Origin: Chiloscyllium plagiosum | Taxonomy: Eukaryota | DNA: 20,000 nt | Direction: 5' to 3' | Assembly (NCBI RefSeq): GCF_004010195.1 | Contig: NC_057751.1 | Coordinates: forward strand, 12,049,290-12,069,289 | Shown: positions 1 through 9,694 of the stretch, piece by piece | How positions within the stretch are numbered: the stretch's first letter is position 1 | How the letters are laid out: each line of letters begins with the position of its first letter | Notes under the pieces: generated by a model | Database searches by the model: none | Seen by the model: only the letters and a program-made list of their open reading frames with translations | What the model was told of the DNA's origin: nothing | Made by a program: the position numbers and the translations under genes

Positions 1-139
1 GAAATCCAAAAAACTTTTCCCATTTTTTTCTGTGGTAAAATGTCAGAAAACAAACCAAAAGGAATAAACTTTGCTGGAATGACTGCTACCAATGGAAGTC
101 CTTTCCTTAAGGAGGAACCTAAAGAGCATTTCAGAACTT

Positions 140-1840
140 TGCCAGGAGACTCAATCTCCAGGCAAAGATAAGGCTGAAGCTTTTGCAGCGATTTTCAGCC
201 AGAAGTGCAAAATGGATGATCCATCTCGGCCTTCTTTAGTGGTCCCCAGCATTACAGATACCAGCCAATTCAATTCACTCCATGTTATATCAAGAAACTG
301 TTGGAGTCGTTGGATAGTGGAAAGGCTACAGGCCCTGACAACATTCTGGCAATCGTACTGATGACCTGTGCTCCAGAACCTTCTGCTCCCCGAGGTGAGT
401 GATTCCAGTACAGTTACAACCCTGGTATCAACCTGACAACGTGGAAAACTGCCCAACTATGTCCTGTGCATAAAAAGCAGGACAGATCCAACCTATCCAA
501 TAACCACCCCATTAGTTCACTCATCAGTAAAGGGATGGAAGGTGTCATTAACAGTGCTATGAATACCACCTGCCTAGCAATAACCTGCTCAGCGACACCC
601 AATTTGGGTTCTGCCAGAGTCACTCAGCTTCTGACCTCAACACAACCTTAATTCAAACATGGACAAAAGAGCTGCATTCCAGAGGCGAGGTGAGAATGAC
701 AGGACGTGGCATCAAGGCTGCATTTGACTGAGGGTGGCAATAAGGAGCCCCAGCAAAATTGGAATCAATGGGTATCGGGTGCAAACTCCTCTAGTGGAGA
801 GAGTTATACCTGACATACAGCAAGATGGTCATGGTTGTTGGTGGTCAGTCATGTCAGTTCAGAGGTTCCTCACGTGAGTGCCATAGGCCTTAGCTTTCAG
901 CTGCTTCATCAATGACCTTCGCTCCATCAGAAGATCAAAAGGGGGTATGCTCGCCGATGATTCCACTATGTTCAGAACTATTCATGACTCCTCAGATACT
1001 GAAGCAGTCCGTGTCCAAATGCAACAAGATCTGGGCAAATCTTGGCTGACAAGTGGCAAGTAACTTTTGTCCCACAAAAATGCCAGGCTATGGCCATCAG
1101 CAATTAAGAGACAATCTAAGCACTATCCCTTAACATTCAATTGTGTTACCAACACTGAATTCCCCACTATCACTATCCTGAAGGTTATCATTGACCAGGA
1201 ATTCAACTGGACTCACCACATAAACACAGTGGTGACAACAGCTGGTCAAATGCTAGGAACACCGCAGCATGTATCACACCTCCTGACTTTCTTAAACCTA
1301 GCCATCATCTACAAGACACATGTCAGGAGTGTGATGGAATACTCCCCTCTTGCCTGGATGAGTGCAGCCCAACAACACTCAAGAAGCTTGACACCATCCA
1401 GGACAAAGCAGCCCACTTGATTGGCCCTGCACCCACAAGCATCCACTCCCTCCACCACTAATACTCAGTAGCAGTGGTGTGTTTGATGTACAAGATGCAT
1501 TGCAGAAATTTATCAAAGATCCTCAGACAGCACCTTCCAAACTGACACCACTTTCATCTCTAAGCACAAGGGCAGCATATATATGGGAACACCACCACCT
1601 TCAAGTTCCCCTCCAAGCCACTCACCATCCTGACTTGGAAAAATATTGCTGTGCCTTCACTGTTGCTGGGTCAAATTTCCAGGAATTCCCTCCTGAGTGG
1701 TATTGTTGGCAAACCTACAGCAGGTAGACTGCAGCAATTCAATAAGGCAGGTCATCACCGCCTTCTCAAGGGCAACTAGCGGCAGGCAATAAATGTTGGC
1801 AAGCCAGCAATACACACATCCCACAAATGAGTAAATAAAG
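140..1840 (+). mobile_element. Decayed CR1-clade LINE, ORF2 RT region through 3' tail
   Basis: Frameshifted RT motifs: KATGPDNI (~322-345), WKTAQLCPVHKKQDRSNLSNNHPIS (~442-516), QFGF-like (~600), IKAAFD (~711-728), MLADDS (~947-964, the YADD position), YKTHVRSVMEY (~1309-1341). 3' tail ggcaataaatg...cacatcccac at ~1786-1825. Confidence 0.85.
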
Positions 1841-1870
1841 AAGGGCAAGAATGTACCTGGACAGGCAAAG

Positions 1871-2330
1871 ACCATAAGAAATAAGAACATGACAGGTCCC
1901 TTCGAGCCTGCTTCCCCATTCAAAAGGATCATGACTGATTTGACATTCCTCATGTCCCCTTTCCTGCTGTTCTTCCATACCCTTGATTTCTCCAACTGAC
2001 CAAGAATCTATTTCAGCCTCAGATATACAAGGACTCTGCCCCAGAGCTCTATGTGGCAAGGAGTCCCAAAGAACCACAAACTTCAGAGAAGAAACGTCCT
2101 CCTCATCTCAGTCTTATATTGGCATCCACTCAACGTTTACCCAGTCCAGCCTGTCAAGAAATCACATGTTTCAATGAGATCACCTCATATTGTTCTGAAC
2201 TCCACTTCGTAGACTCCCAATCTGTTTGACCTTTGCACATAAGACAATCCATCCATATGAGGGATAATCGTAGTGAATCTTATCTGAATGGCCTCCAATG
2301 AAACTGTATTTTTTTTTAACAAGGAGAGCA
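1871..2330 (-). mobile_element. CR1 LINE 3' fragment (antisense)
   Basis: Starts with cataagaaataagaac, the reverse complement of a short tandem tail. Minus strand reads LWDSLP...EAEID, typical of the CR1 ORF2 C-terminus. Confidence 0.7.
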
Positions 2331-3262
2331 TGGTGGAAAACACCAGTTGCATATAGAACTTCATGAAAGACAGGTGAGTTTACTGGCCATCATTTACTAC
2401 AAGGTGTTGGGGGTGCTGAAAGGTCTGAAAGTGGATGAGTTATCCAGACCAGATAGACTAAACCCCAGGTTCTGAGGGGGACAGCAGTGGAGATTGTCGA
2501 GGCATTAGTGGTGATCTTTCAGCAAACACGGAGTCATGGAGGGTGGCAGAGTCTATAAAATGGTCAGTGTTAATTCCTGTTTAAGGAGGGAGGGAGGCAG
2601 AAGACAGAAATTATAGACTGGTTAGTTTGACCTTAGTCATTGATAAGATTTTCAAGCCCTTTATTGAAGATGAGATTGTGGAGTATTTGAAAGTGCATGT
2701 TAAAGTAGGGTGGAGCAAACACGGCTTCATCAATGGGAGGTCATGCCTGACAAATCTGTTAGAACTCTCTGAGGAGGCAACAAGCAAGTTAGACAAAGGA
2801 AAGCCGGGCACATGATCTGTTTGGATTTCCAGAAGGTTTTAACAAGGTGCCACACAAGAGTCTGCAAAATAAGATAAGAGGCCATGGTGTTAGGGGCAAG
2901 GTACAAACATGGTTACAGGATTGGCTAACAGGCAAAAGGCATAGAGTGGGGATCAAGGGGACATTTTCTGGATGGCAACTAGTGGCTACTAGAGTTTCGC
3001 AGGGGTCAATGTTGAGACCACAACCATACACATTATACATTAACAATCTGGACAAAATAACTGAGGGTATCGTTGGCTAATTTTACAGATGACACAAAAA
3101 CAGATGGAAGGGCAGGTAATGTTGAGGAGGTGGGAAGGCTGCAGAAGGACTTGGACAGGCTGCAAGATTGGCAAAGATGTGGTGGATTGAATACAATGTG
3201 GAAAAGTGTGAGGTCTTGCAATTTGATAAGAAAAATAGAAGTGTAGACTATTTTTGAAATGA

Positions 3263-3720
3263 GGTAAAAACAATGACTGCAGATGCTAGAAACCAGATTC
3301 TGGATTAGTGGTGCTGGAAAAGCACAGCAGTTCAGAGAGCATCCGAGGAGCAGTAAAATCGACGTTTCGGGCAAAAGCCCTTCATCAGGAATACAGGGTG
3401 GGGGAAGGAGAAATGAGGAAACTGTCGAAGTCCACATTGATGCCCTGGGGTTGAAGTGTTCCAAGACGGAAAATGAGGCATTCTTCCTCCAGGCGTCTGG
3501 TGGTGAGGGAGCAGCTATGAAGGAGGCCCAGGACCTCCATGTCCTCGACAGAGTGGGAGGGGTAGTTGAAATGTTGGGCTACAGGGCGGTGTGGTTGATT
3601 GGTGGGGGTGTCCCAGAGATGTTCCCTAAAGCGCTCTGCTAGGAGGCGTCCAGTCTCCCCAGTGTAGAGGAGACCGCATCGGAGCAACAGATACAATAAA
3701 TGATACTGGTGGATGTGCAG
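3263..3720 (-). mobile_element. Penelope-like element fragment: GIY-YIG endonuclease C-terminus plus 3' pseudo-LTR with hammerhead
   Basis: Minus-strand ORF 3385-3747 contains CGLLYTGETGRLLAERFREHL...RRLEEECLIFRLGTLQPQGINVDF (GIY-YIG). It splits the CR1 sequence gaaatgag|gaaagg, which is intact in the duplicated copy at 4008-4022. Confidence 0.88.
3357..3392 (-). ncRNA. Minimal type I hammerhead ribozyme motif in Penelope pseudo-LTR
   Basis: Minus strand reads ATTC-CTGATGA-A-GGGC-TTTT-GCCC-GAAA-C-GTC-GATT: intact CUGAUGA and GAAA core, 4-bp stem II, GUC triplet (cleavage would fall between 3361 and 3360). Confidence 0.8.
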
Positions 3721-4296
3721 GAAAGGCTTTGGAAATGTGAAGCTCAAAGAAACTCAGCAGTCTTAGTTCAGGATTCTTTTAAGGTTAACATGCAGATTCA
3801 GTTGGCAGTTAGGAAAGCAAATGCAATGTTAACATTAATTTTCAGAAGGCTAGAAATACAAGAGTAGGCATGTACCACTGAGACTGTGTAAAACACTGGT
3901 CATACTGTATTTTAAATGTCATGAACAGTTTTGGGCCTTGAAGGTGTGCTGGCCATGGAGGGGGTCCTGAGCACTCTTATAGGAATGATCTTGGGGATAA
4001 AAGGCTTGAAATGAGGAAAGGCTTTGGAAATGTGAAGCTCAAAGGAACACAGCAGTTGTAGTTCAGGATTCTTTTAAGGTTAGCATGCAGATTCAGTTGG
4101 CAGTTAGGAAAGCAAATGCAATGTTAACATTAATTTTCAGGAGGCTAGAAATACAAGAGTAGGCATGTACCACTGAGGCTGCGTAAATAACCGGTCATAC
4201 CGCTTTCTGAATATCGTGAACAGTTTTGGGCCATGGAGGGGGTCCAGAGCAGGCTTATAGGAATGATCTTGGGGATAAAGGGTTTGTTATATGAGG
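3720..4296 (+). repeat. Tandem duplication of about 290 bp within CR1
   Basis: 3721-4007 and 4017-~4290 both begin gaaaggctttggaaatgtgaagctcaaag and align through ggaatgatcttggggataaa. Confidence 0.9.
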
Positions 4297-4590
4297 AACA
4301 ATCGAGGTTTCTGGGTCTATACTCGATGGAGTTTGGAAGGATGAGGAGAGATCTCATTGAAACTTACAGAATGAAAGGCCTGGATCAGGTAGATATAGAT
4401 GTCTCCACTCGTGGGAGAGATTAGGACCCGAAGGCACAGCCTCAACATGAAGGGATGTCCCTTTAGAACTGAGATGAGGAGGAATTTATTTAGCCAGAGG
4501 TGGTGAATCTCTGCAATTCATTGCTAAAGAAGGCAGTGGAGGACAAGTTATTGTGTGTATTTAAGACAGAGCAAGAACAGGTTCTTGATT

Positions 4591-4915
4591 CATAGAACAG
4601 TACAGCGCAGTACAGGCCCTTCGGCCCTCGATGTTGCGCCGCCCTGTCATACTAATCTGAAGCCCATCCCACCTACACTATTCCATGTACATCCATATGC
4701 CTGTCCAATGACAACTTAAATGCACTTAAATTTGGCGAATCGACTGCCGTTGCAGGCAAAGCATTCCATACCCTTACTACTCTCTGAGTAAAGAAACTAT
4801 CTCTGACATCTGTCTTCTACCTATCTCCCCTCACTCTAAAGTTGTGTCCCCTCGTGTTTGCCGTCCCCATACTTGGAAAAAGGCTCTACCTGTCCACCCT
4901 ATCCAACCCTCTAAT
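4591..4915 (-). mobile_element. CR1 3' fragment nested antisense in the older CR1 tail
   Basis: Begins catagaacagtacagc...caggcccttcggccc (reverse CR1 tail) and splits the host tail ggttcttgatt|atcagggaatcaaa. Confidence 0.75.
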
Positions 4916-5064
4916 TATCAGGGAATCAAAGCTTACGGGGAGAAGATAGATGAATGAAGTTATGAAACATATCAGCCATGATCAAATAGTGGGCCAGACT
5001 TGATGGGCCAAATGGCCAAATTCTATTCTCAAATGTTATCTTATCAAAACTGCTCACAGTACTC

Positions 5065-5145
5065 CTTTTCCACCTATCCACTCCACCCTCTCCTCCCTGA
5101 CCTATCACCTTCATCCCCCTCCCCCCCCACTCACCTATTGTACAC
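5065..5145 (+). mobile_element. Short Penelope-like fragment (pyrimidine-rich segment)
   Basis: ctatccactccaccct...gacctatcaccttcatcccc...ctattgtac is the reverse complement of ~17733-17797 in the Penelope copy at 17540-18111. Confidence 0.7.
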
Positions 5146-5159
5146 ACTCTCACACTGGG

Positions 5160-6570
5160 TATTAAATTCTATCATATTATGATTACTACTTTCAAGGGGA
5201 TCTTTTACTTCACTTATTTATTAAACCTGCCTTATTCCCTATCATCAGATCCAAGATACCCAGCTCCCTAGTTGGCTCCATGACATTGGAAACTATCCCT
5301 AATGCACTCTATCAATTCATTTCTTGAGCTACCCTTTCCAAATTGACCAACTCAATCCACATGAAGATTAAAGTCACCCAAAATTATTTCTCTATTCTTT
5401 CCTATGCTCCTATTATTTGTTGATTTGTAGCCTTTCCCACAGAGTGGCTACTATTTGGTCAGAAGAATGACGAGATCCCCAGTGTTGTCCTTCCATTGCT
5501 GTTTTTCACCTCCACCCATGTGAATTCTACATCATCTAAGCCCAAATTATCTCTCATAACTGTCCTCATTTCGTTTCTTATTAACCGTGCTACGCCATCA
5601 TTTTTTCCATTCCTGAAAATGTCCTGTTTCCAAAGGGCAAATATCCCTGAATGCTAAGCTCGTAGTTTTGATCTTCTTGGAACCATGTTTCTGTAGTGGG
5701 TTTGAAATCATATTCAGTAACATTTCAATTGTTGTCAGTTGGTCAACTTTATTCCAATGCTTCATGCATTAAGATACAAATCCCTTAAGTTGGTTTTATG
5801 ATTGAATTTCCTGACACTTCTCCAGTTTTTTGCATAAGATTAGAGACAAAAAAAGATACTGGAATTCAAGGTAGGCAAGTAGGAGGCTGGAAAAACACAG
5901 CAAGCCAGACAGCATCAAGAGGTGGAGATATTCAACATTTCAGATCCTGAAGAAGGGTTACACCTGAAACATTGACTTCTCCACCTCCTGATGCTGCCTG
6001 GCTTGCTGTATTCTTCCAGCTTCCTGCTTGACTATCTTTGTACAATATGAAATTCACCCATTCTGTCCCTTTTTTATTTTCTCCTAACAATCAAGCCCAT
6101 CACTAACCTGCAATCCTACCTTCTCCTTTACTTCTGATTTTATAATTTGCCATGGAACTAAACAAACTCCCACCCACCCACTCCCCTTCCCCCCCACAAC
6201 AATTTAGTTTACAGCCTCATTTGCAGCCCTGGTTATGCCAAGACTCTGGTCCCAGCATGATTTTACTGAAGCCTGTCCCATTGGAACAGCTCCTTCCTTC
6301 ACCAGTACTGGTGCCAATGTCCCATTAATTTGAACCCAATTCTCCCACACTAATCTTTGAGTCATGTGTTTACCGCTTTAATCTTGTTAAGCCTGTGCCA
6401 TTAATTTCTGAATCAGGTTGTAAGACAGAGGTTATTACCTTTTTAGTTCTGCTTTTTAATTTAGCTGCTCATATTCCCTCAGCAGAACCTCTTCCCCCTT
6501 TTTACCGATATCATTGGAATGTATGTAGACTTTGACAACTGAATCTTTCTCCTCCCATGGTGACCCTGGG
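5160..6570 (-). mobile_element. Decayed CR1 LINE: ORF1 esterase end and ORF2 APE endonuclease
   Basis: Minus strand: ILGDFNLHVD (~5355-5385), TETW (~5682-5693), YLNA*SI near the ORF2 start (~5757-5777), GFKLMGHWHQYW (~6302-6338) and IHSNDIGKKGEEVLLREYEQL (esterase). Confidence 0.8.
5841..6040. mobile_element. Penelope-type inverted pseudo-LTR pair with degenerate hammerhead
   Basis: 5867-5943 is an imperfect reverse complement of 5964-6040 (roughly 80% by eye). Centre reads CTGAAGA-A-GGGT-TAC-ACCT-GAAA-C-ATT on + (5947-5973). Confidence 0.75.
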
Positions 6571-7134
6571 CTTCTTGCTACCTGCAACATGTGGTTGCAT
6601 GCACTGGTGTGGTGAATAGTAAGTATTATGCCAATGAATGCACAACACTCTTGACAGTGTTCCCATTCCAGAAGGAGGCTGCAAAACAAATTGCTTTCCA
6701 ATGATTTGGTCATTGTTTAAGAACCAACGAAGTCCATGACAATGCTGGGAATATAAGTGCCACTCTTGATCAATGCAGTTCCAGAAGTCCAAGATTTAAG
6801 TGGAGACAATTGGCAAGTTACATGGGCAGTGAAGAGAGATTCTGACAACCTCTGAAAATCAGAACAATTATGTGGGGATATGGAGAAAGTAAGAATCAAT
6901 ATTTGACTGAAATCCATGACTCTTTCCAGAATTTGAATATGGGTGAGCATGGCTTTGAGAAAGGATACTGCAGAGTGAGCCTGATACTGCAAAAAATTTG
7001 AATCACAAATAAATTGATTGCACTCCAGGGACTATTTTCAATGCTGAGTTAAAAGTTGTTGCCTCACCATGTTAAATGAATGTGTTGAAGCTTGACATGA
7101 AATGTGCTGTGATTTCTGTCACTTTGTTTTGCAG

Positions 7135-7283
7135 GTGGAAGGATAATCCAGCCTTTCCAGAAGGCTTGTTGTATGAAGGAGTGTGGGATAAACCTCAGTT
7201 CTTCTCAGGTGGGAGTGCTGCACAAAGTTCCACTCTGCAATCTTTTGACGAGTTTTTGAGAATACGTCATGAGGAAAAAAATG
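7135..7283 (+). CDS. IDO2: Indoleamine 2,3-dioxygenase (IDO2-like), penultimate coding exon, 149 bp
   Basis: Acceptor ttttgcAG|G at 7134/7135 and donor G|GTAAGC at 7283/7284, phases 2 and 1. Encodes [63 protein letters not shown] and FDEFL match human IDO2 as I recall it. Exon length and phases match the IDO gene structure as I recall it. Confidence 0.92.
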
Positions 7284-7516
7284 GTAAGCGAGGTCTACAA
7301 CATTAAATACAATGCTCTTATCAGAAGATCCAATTCATGTTATGGAAAGTGATCTGCCATGACCACAAAACTTACAAATGTGTCTTATTGCAGCTTATGT
7401 TATATTGTGTAAAACCCGCACAAATAGAGTTGTTAACTTTTTAGATGAGTATAATTAAAATTAATGAATTTGTTCCCAATCTTGATATCCAATTTGATGT
7501 GTAATTCTTGTTACAG

Positions 7517-7890
7517 CTGAATTCTTGTACCGGATGAGGGACTACATGCCTCCTTCACACAAGGCTTTCCTCCAAGCAATTGCCTCAGGACCATCTGTGC
7601 GAGAGCACATCATGCTCAACAGAAATCCTGCCCTCCGTGAGCTGTACAATGATTGCATAGCTGCGCTTGTTGATCTGAGGAACTATCACATTACAGTTGT
7701 CACTCGGTATATCACGATAACTGCAGCCAAAGCAAAAGCAGAGAAAGCCAAGCAAAACAGCTCAGCACTTTTATTACAGAAGGCCCCAGCTGCCTTAGCT
7801 GAACGGGGAACGGGTGGATCAGGAATCATGTGTTTGCTTAAAAGTGTCCGAGATGCGACTAAGAAAGTAATGATTGATAACATTTGGTGA
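7517..7890 (+). CDS. IDO2: Indoleamine 2,3-dioxygenase (IDO2-like), terminal coding exon
   Basis: Acceptor ttgttacAG|CT at 7516/7517. G+CT=Ala keeps the frame across the 233-bp intron. Encodes EFLYRMRDYMPPSHKAFL...LRNYHITVVTRY (proximal His codon 7687-7689)...RGTGG (GTGG 7807-7818)...LKSVRD...W then TGA at 7888-7890. Confidence 0.94.
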
Positions 7891-8071
7891 CATCAATCGA
7901 GGTTAACTCATTTATTGTACTAAAATATCTAACTAATATATAATTATTCAGGAAGCCAGACAGCTTATTTATTGGTAAAATGTGAGGTAACAGTGAAATC
8001 TTCATATATCATGAGCTATCAATGACAAAGACACTATAGTGACAACACTGACACTAACTACTTCTAAAAAT

Positions 8072-8213
8072 GATTCGGAGATGCCGGTGTTGGACTGGGG
8101 TGTACAAAGTTAAAAATCACACAACACCAGGTTATAGTCCAACAGGTTTAATTGTGCTTCCAATTAAACCTGTTGGACTATAACCTGGTGTTGTGTGATT
8201 TTTAACTTTGTAC
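8072..8213. mobile_element. Short palindromic insertion (probable Penelope-type inverted termini) with 13-bp TSD
   Basis: Arms 8102-8154 and 8161-8213 are perfect 53-bp reverse complements with loop TGCTTC. TACTTCTAAAAAT is repeated at 8059-8071 and 8211-8223. The Penelope assignment is from recalled shark repeat sequence. Confidence 0.85.
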
Positions 8214-8224
8214 TTCTAAAAATT

Positions 8225-8472
8225 CTTGCATGGCAATGTGGATGTCACATTTTTTCCTCTGTCTCTAATTGGCTTTTTCGGCCATCTAAAGGTCAACCAC
8301 ATTCCTGTGGATCTGGAATCACATGTCGGCCAGACCAGGTAAGAGAGGCAGATTTCCTTCTCAAAGAAACATTATTGATGAGTTTGCACAACCATGATGA
8401 GATTTGAACTGACATTCATGAAATCTGCCCAGGCCCTTCAGTTACTCATTCAGTGATATTATTACTATGCTA
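8225..8472 (-). mobile_element. Decayed tRNA-derived SINE, Deu-domain / SacSINE1-like
   Basis: Minus strand has a degenerate tRNA head (tagcatagtaa...gttcaaatct) followed by gaaggaaatctgcc...cttacctggtctggcc.acatgtgattccaga.ccacag.aatgtggttgac, recognised from memory as the SacSINE1-type core. Confidence 0.55.
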
Positions 8473-8550
8473 CGATCTCCTAAAGCATAAAAATAAGCAT
8501 TGAGCTAATACAGGATTTTAACAGAAATTCAACAGCTTTCATTTTGACAT

Positions 8551-8556
8551 AATAAA
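8551..8556 (+). promoter_or_regulatory. Candidate polyadenylation signal for the IDO2-like gene
   Basis: First AATAAA I found after the stop codon, about 660 bp downstream. No transcript evidence. Confidence 0.4.
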
Positions 8557-8599
8557 ATGTAATTAGTATAATTATAATGTCATGTCATTTCCGGAAGGA

Positions 8600-9690
8600 A
8601 GTAAGACCATAAGATCTCACGGTCATTCAGCCCATTTAGTCCACTCTACCATGGCCGATCTGATAATTCTCAACTCCACTTACCTGCTTTACCCCATAAC
8701 TTGGATTCTCTTTATTATTAGAAATATGTCTTCTCAGTCTTTTATATACTTTAGTAACCCAACTTCGACATCCCTCTGCAGTAAAGAATTCCTCAGATTC
8801 ACCACCCTCACAGACAAAAAAATTCTCCTCATCTCTGTCTGAAATGGGCAATTTGTTACTTTGAGAGTATGAGAAAGTGAGGACTGCAGATGCTGGAGAT
8901 CAGAGCTGAAAATTTGACAGTATGCCCACTTGTCCTAGATTCATCCATAAGGGAAACAAACTCTCCACACTGACATTATTACAGCCATAGCATGGAAACA
9001 GGCCATTCAGACCAACTTGTCCACATCGCACAGTTTTCACAATTAATTGAGTCCCATTTGCTTGCGTTTGGTCCATATCCATCCATACCTATCCAATCAA
9101 TGCACCTGTCCAAATGTTTCAGTAATGATATTTCTGAAAATTATATTTGCCTCCACAACTACCCCTGGCAGCCCGTTGAGACATTCACCACCTTCTTTGG
9201 AAAAATTGCGAACCTCTCGAACCTTTTCTATCTCTCTTTTCTCACTTCAAATCTATGTGCTCTAGTTTTACACTCCCCTACCATGAGGAGAAGCTAGTTG
9301 CTATCAACCTTAACTATGCTTCTCATGATTTTATAAACCTCTCAGTCTCATAATCTCCATGGAAAAGAAAATCCTAACCTATCTAGCCTCTCCTTATAAC
9401 TCAAATCTTCCGGTTCAGGTAGCATCATAGTAAATCTTTTCTGTACTGTTCCTCGTTGAAGGCTCTGAAGAACCTTATACATTTCAATGAGATCCTTCTC
9501 AATTTTCTAAACTCCAATGAGTACAAACTCAAACTACTCAACCTGTCCTCCAAAGAAAATTCCTCGATACCTTGGATGAACCTAATGGACCTTTTCTGGA
9601 CTGCCTCCAATGCTGATACTTAGGTTAGGTGACCAAAACTGTTCACAGTATTCCAACTGTTCCTTGTATAGCTTAGCAAGCTCTACCTAT
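8600..9690 (-). mobile_element. Two nested antisense CR1 3' fragments
   Basis: Outer tail starts ~8600 (gtaagaccataagat) and resumes at ~9450 (minus strand EAVQKRSIRFIQGIEEFSLEDRLSSLSLYSLEFRKLR). Inner tail ~8980-9450 starts ...catggaaacaggccattcag. Confidence 0.7.
8872..8912 (-). mobile_element. 41-bp Penelope terminus insertion with 12-bp TSD
   Basis: agaaagtgaggactgcagatgctggagatcagag resembles the termini at 3263 and 17540. Flanked by TTTGAGAGTATG (8860-8871) and TTTGACAGTATG (8913-8924). Confidence 0.75.
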
Positions 9691-9694
9691 TTGT

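Larger units (their letters stand above)
2390..5045 (+). mobile_element. Decayed CR1 LINE (RT to 3' tail), interrupted by a Penelope insertion, an internal tandem duplication and an antisense CR1 tail
   Basis: NYRLVSLT (~2609), HGFINGRSCLTNLLE (~2719), VPHK (~2847), VSQGSML (~2993), FTDDTK (~3082), RRDLIETY (~4344). Tail resumes at ~4916 and ends ttatcttatc at ~5045. Confidence 0.85.

Noticed and set aside
3283..3642. ORFs 3283-3642 (+), 17602-18108 (-), 17507-17797 (+) and similar as novel genes
   Set aside because: They are antisense or off-frame readings of Penelope, CR1 or SINE sequence, with no independent coding or splice evidence.
7076..7134. N-terminal part of ORF 7076-7306 (MNVLKLDMK...)
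   Set aside because: It is intron read-through. IDO similarity begins exactly at the AG acceptor at 7134 and ends at the donor at 7284.
1..7134. Upstream IDO2 exon (short exon expected to encode roughly YVDP..FY...RIFLSG)
   Set aside because: I could not find it by eye. It probably lies left of the window, making this intron longer than 7 kb.
8102..8213. MITE/DNA transposon, terminator or conserved miRNA
   Set aside because: The insert is asymmetric (30 extra bases on the left, 8072-8101) with a 13-bp TSD, which fits inverted retroelement termini better. The context is eukaryotic, and a perfect young stem is unlike a conserved miRNA.
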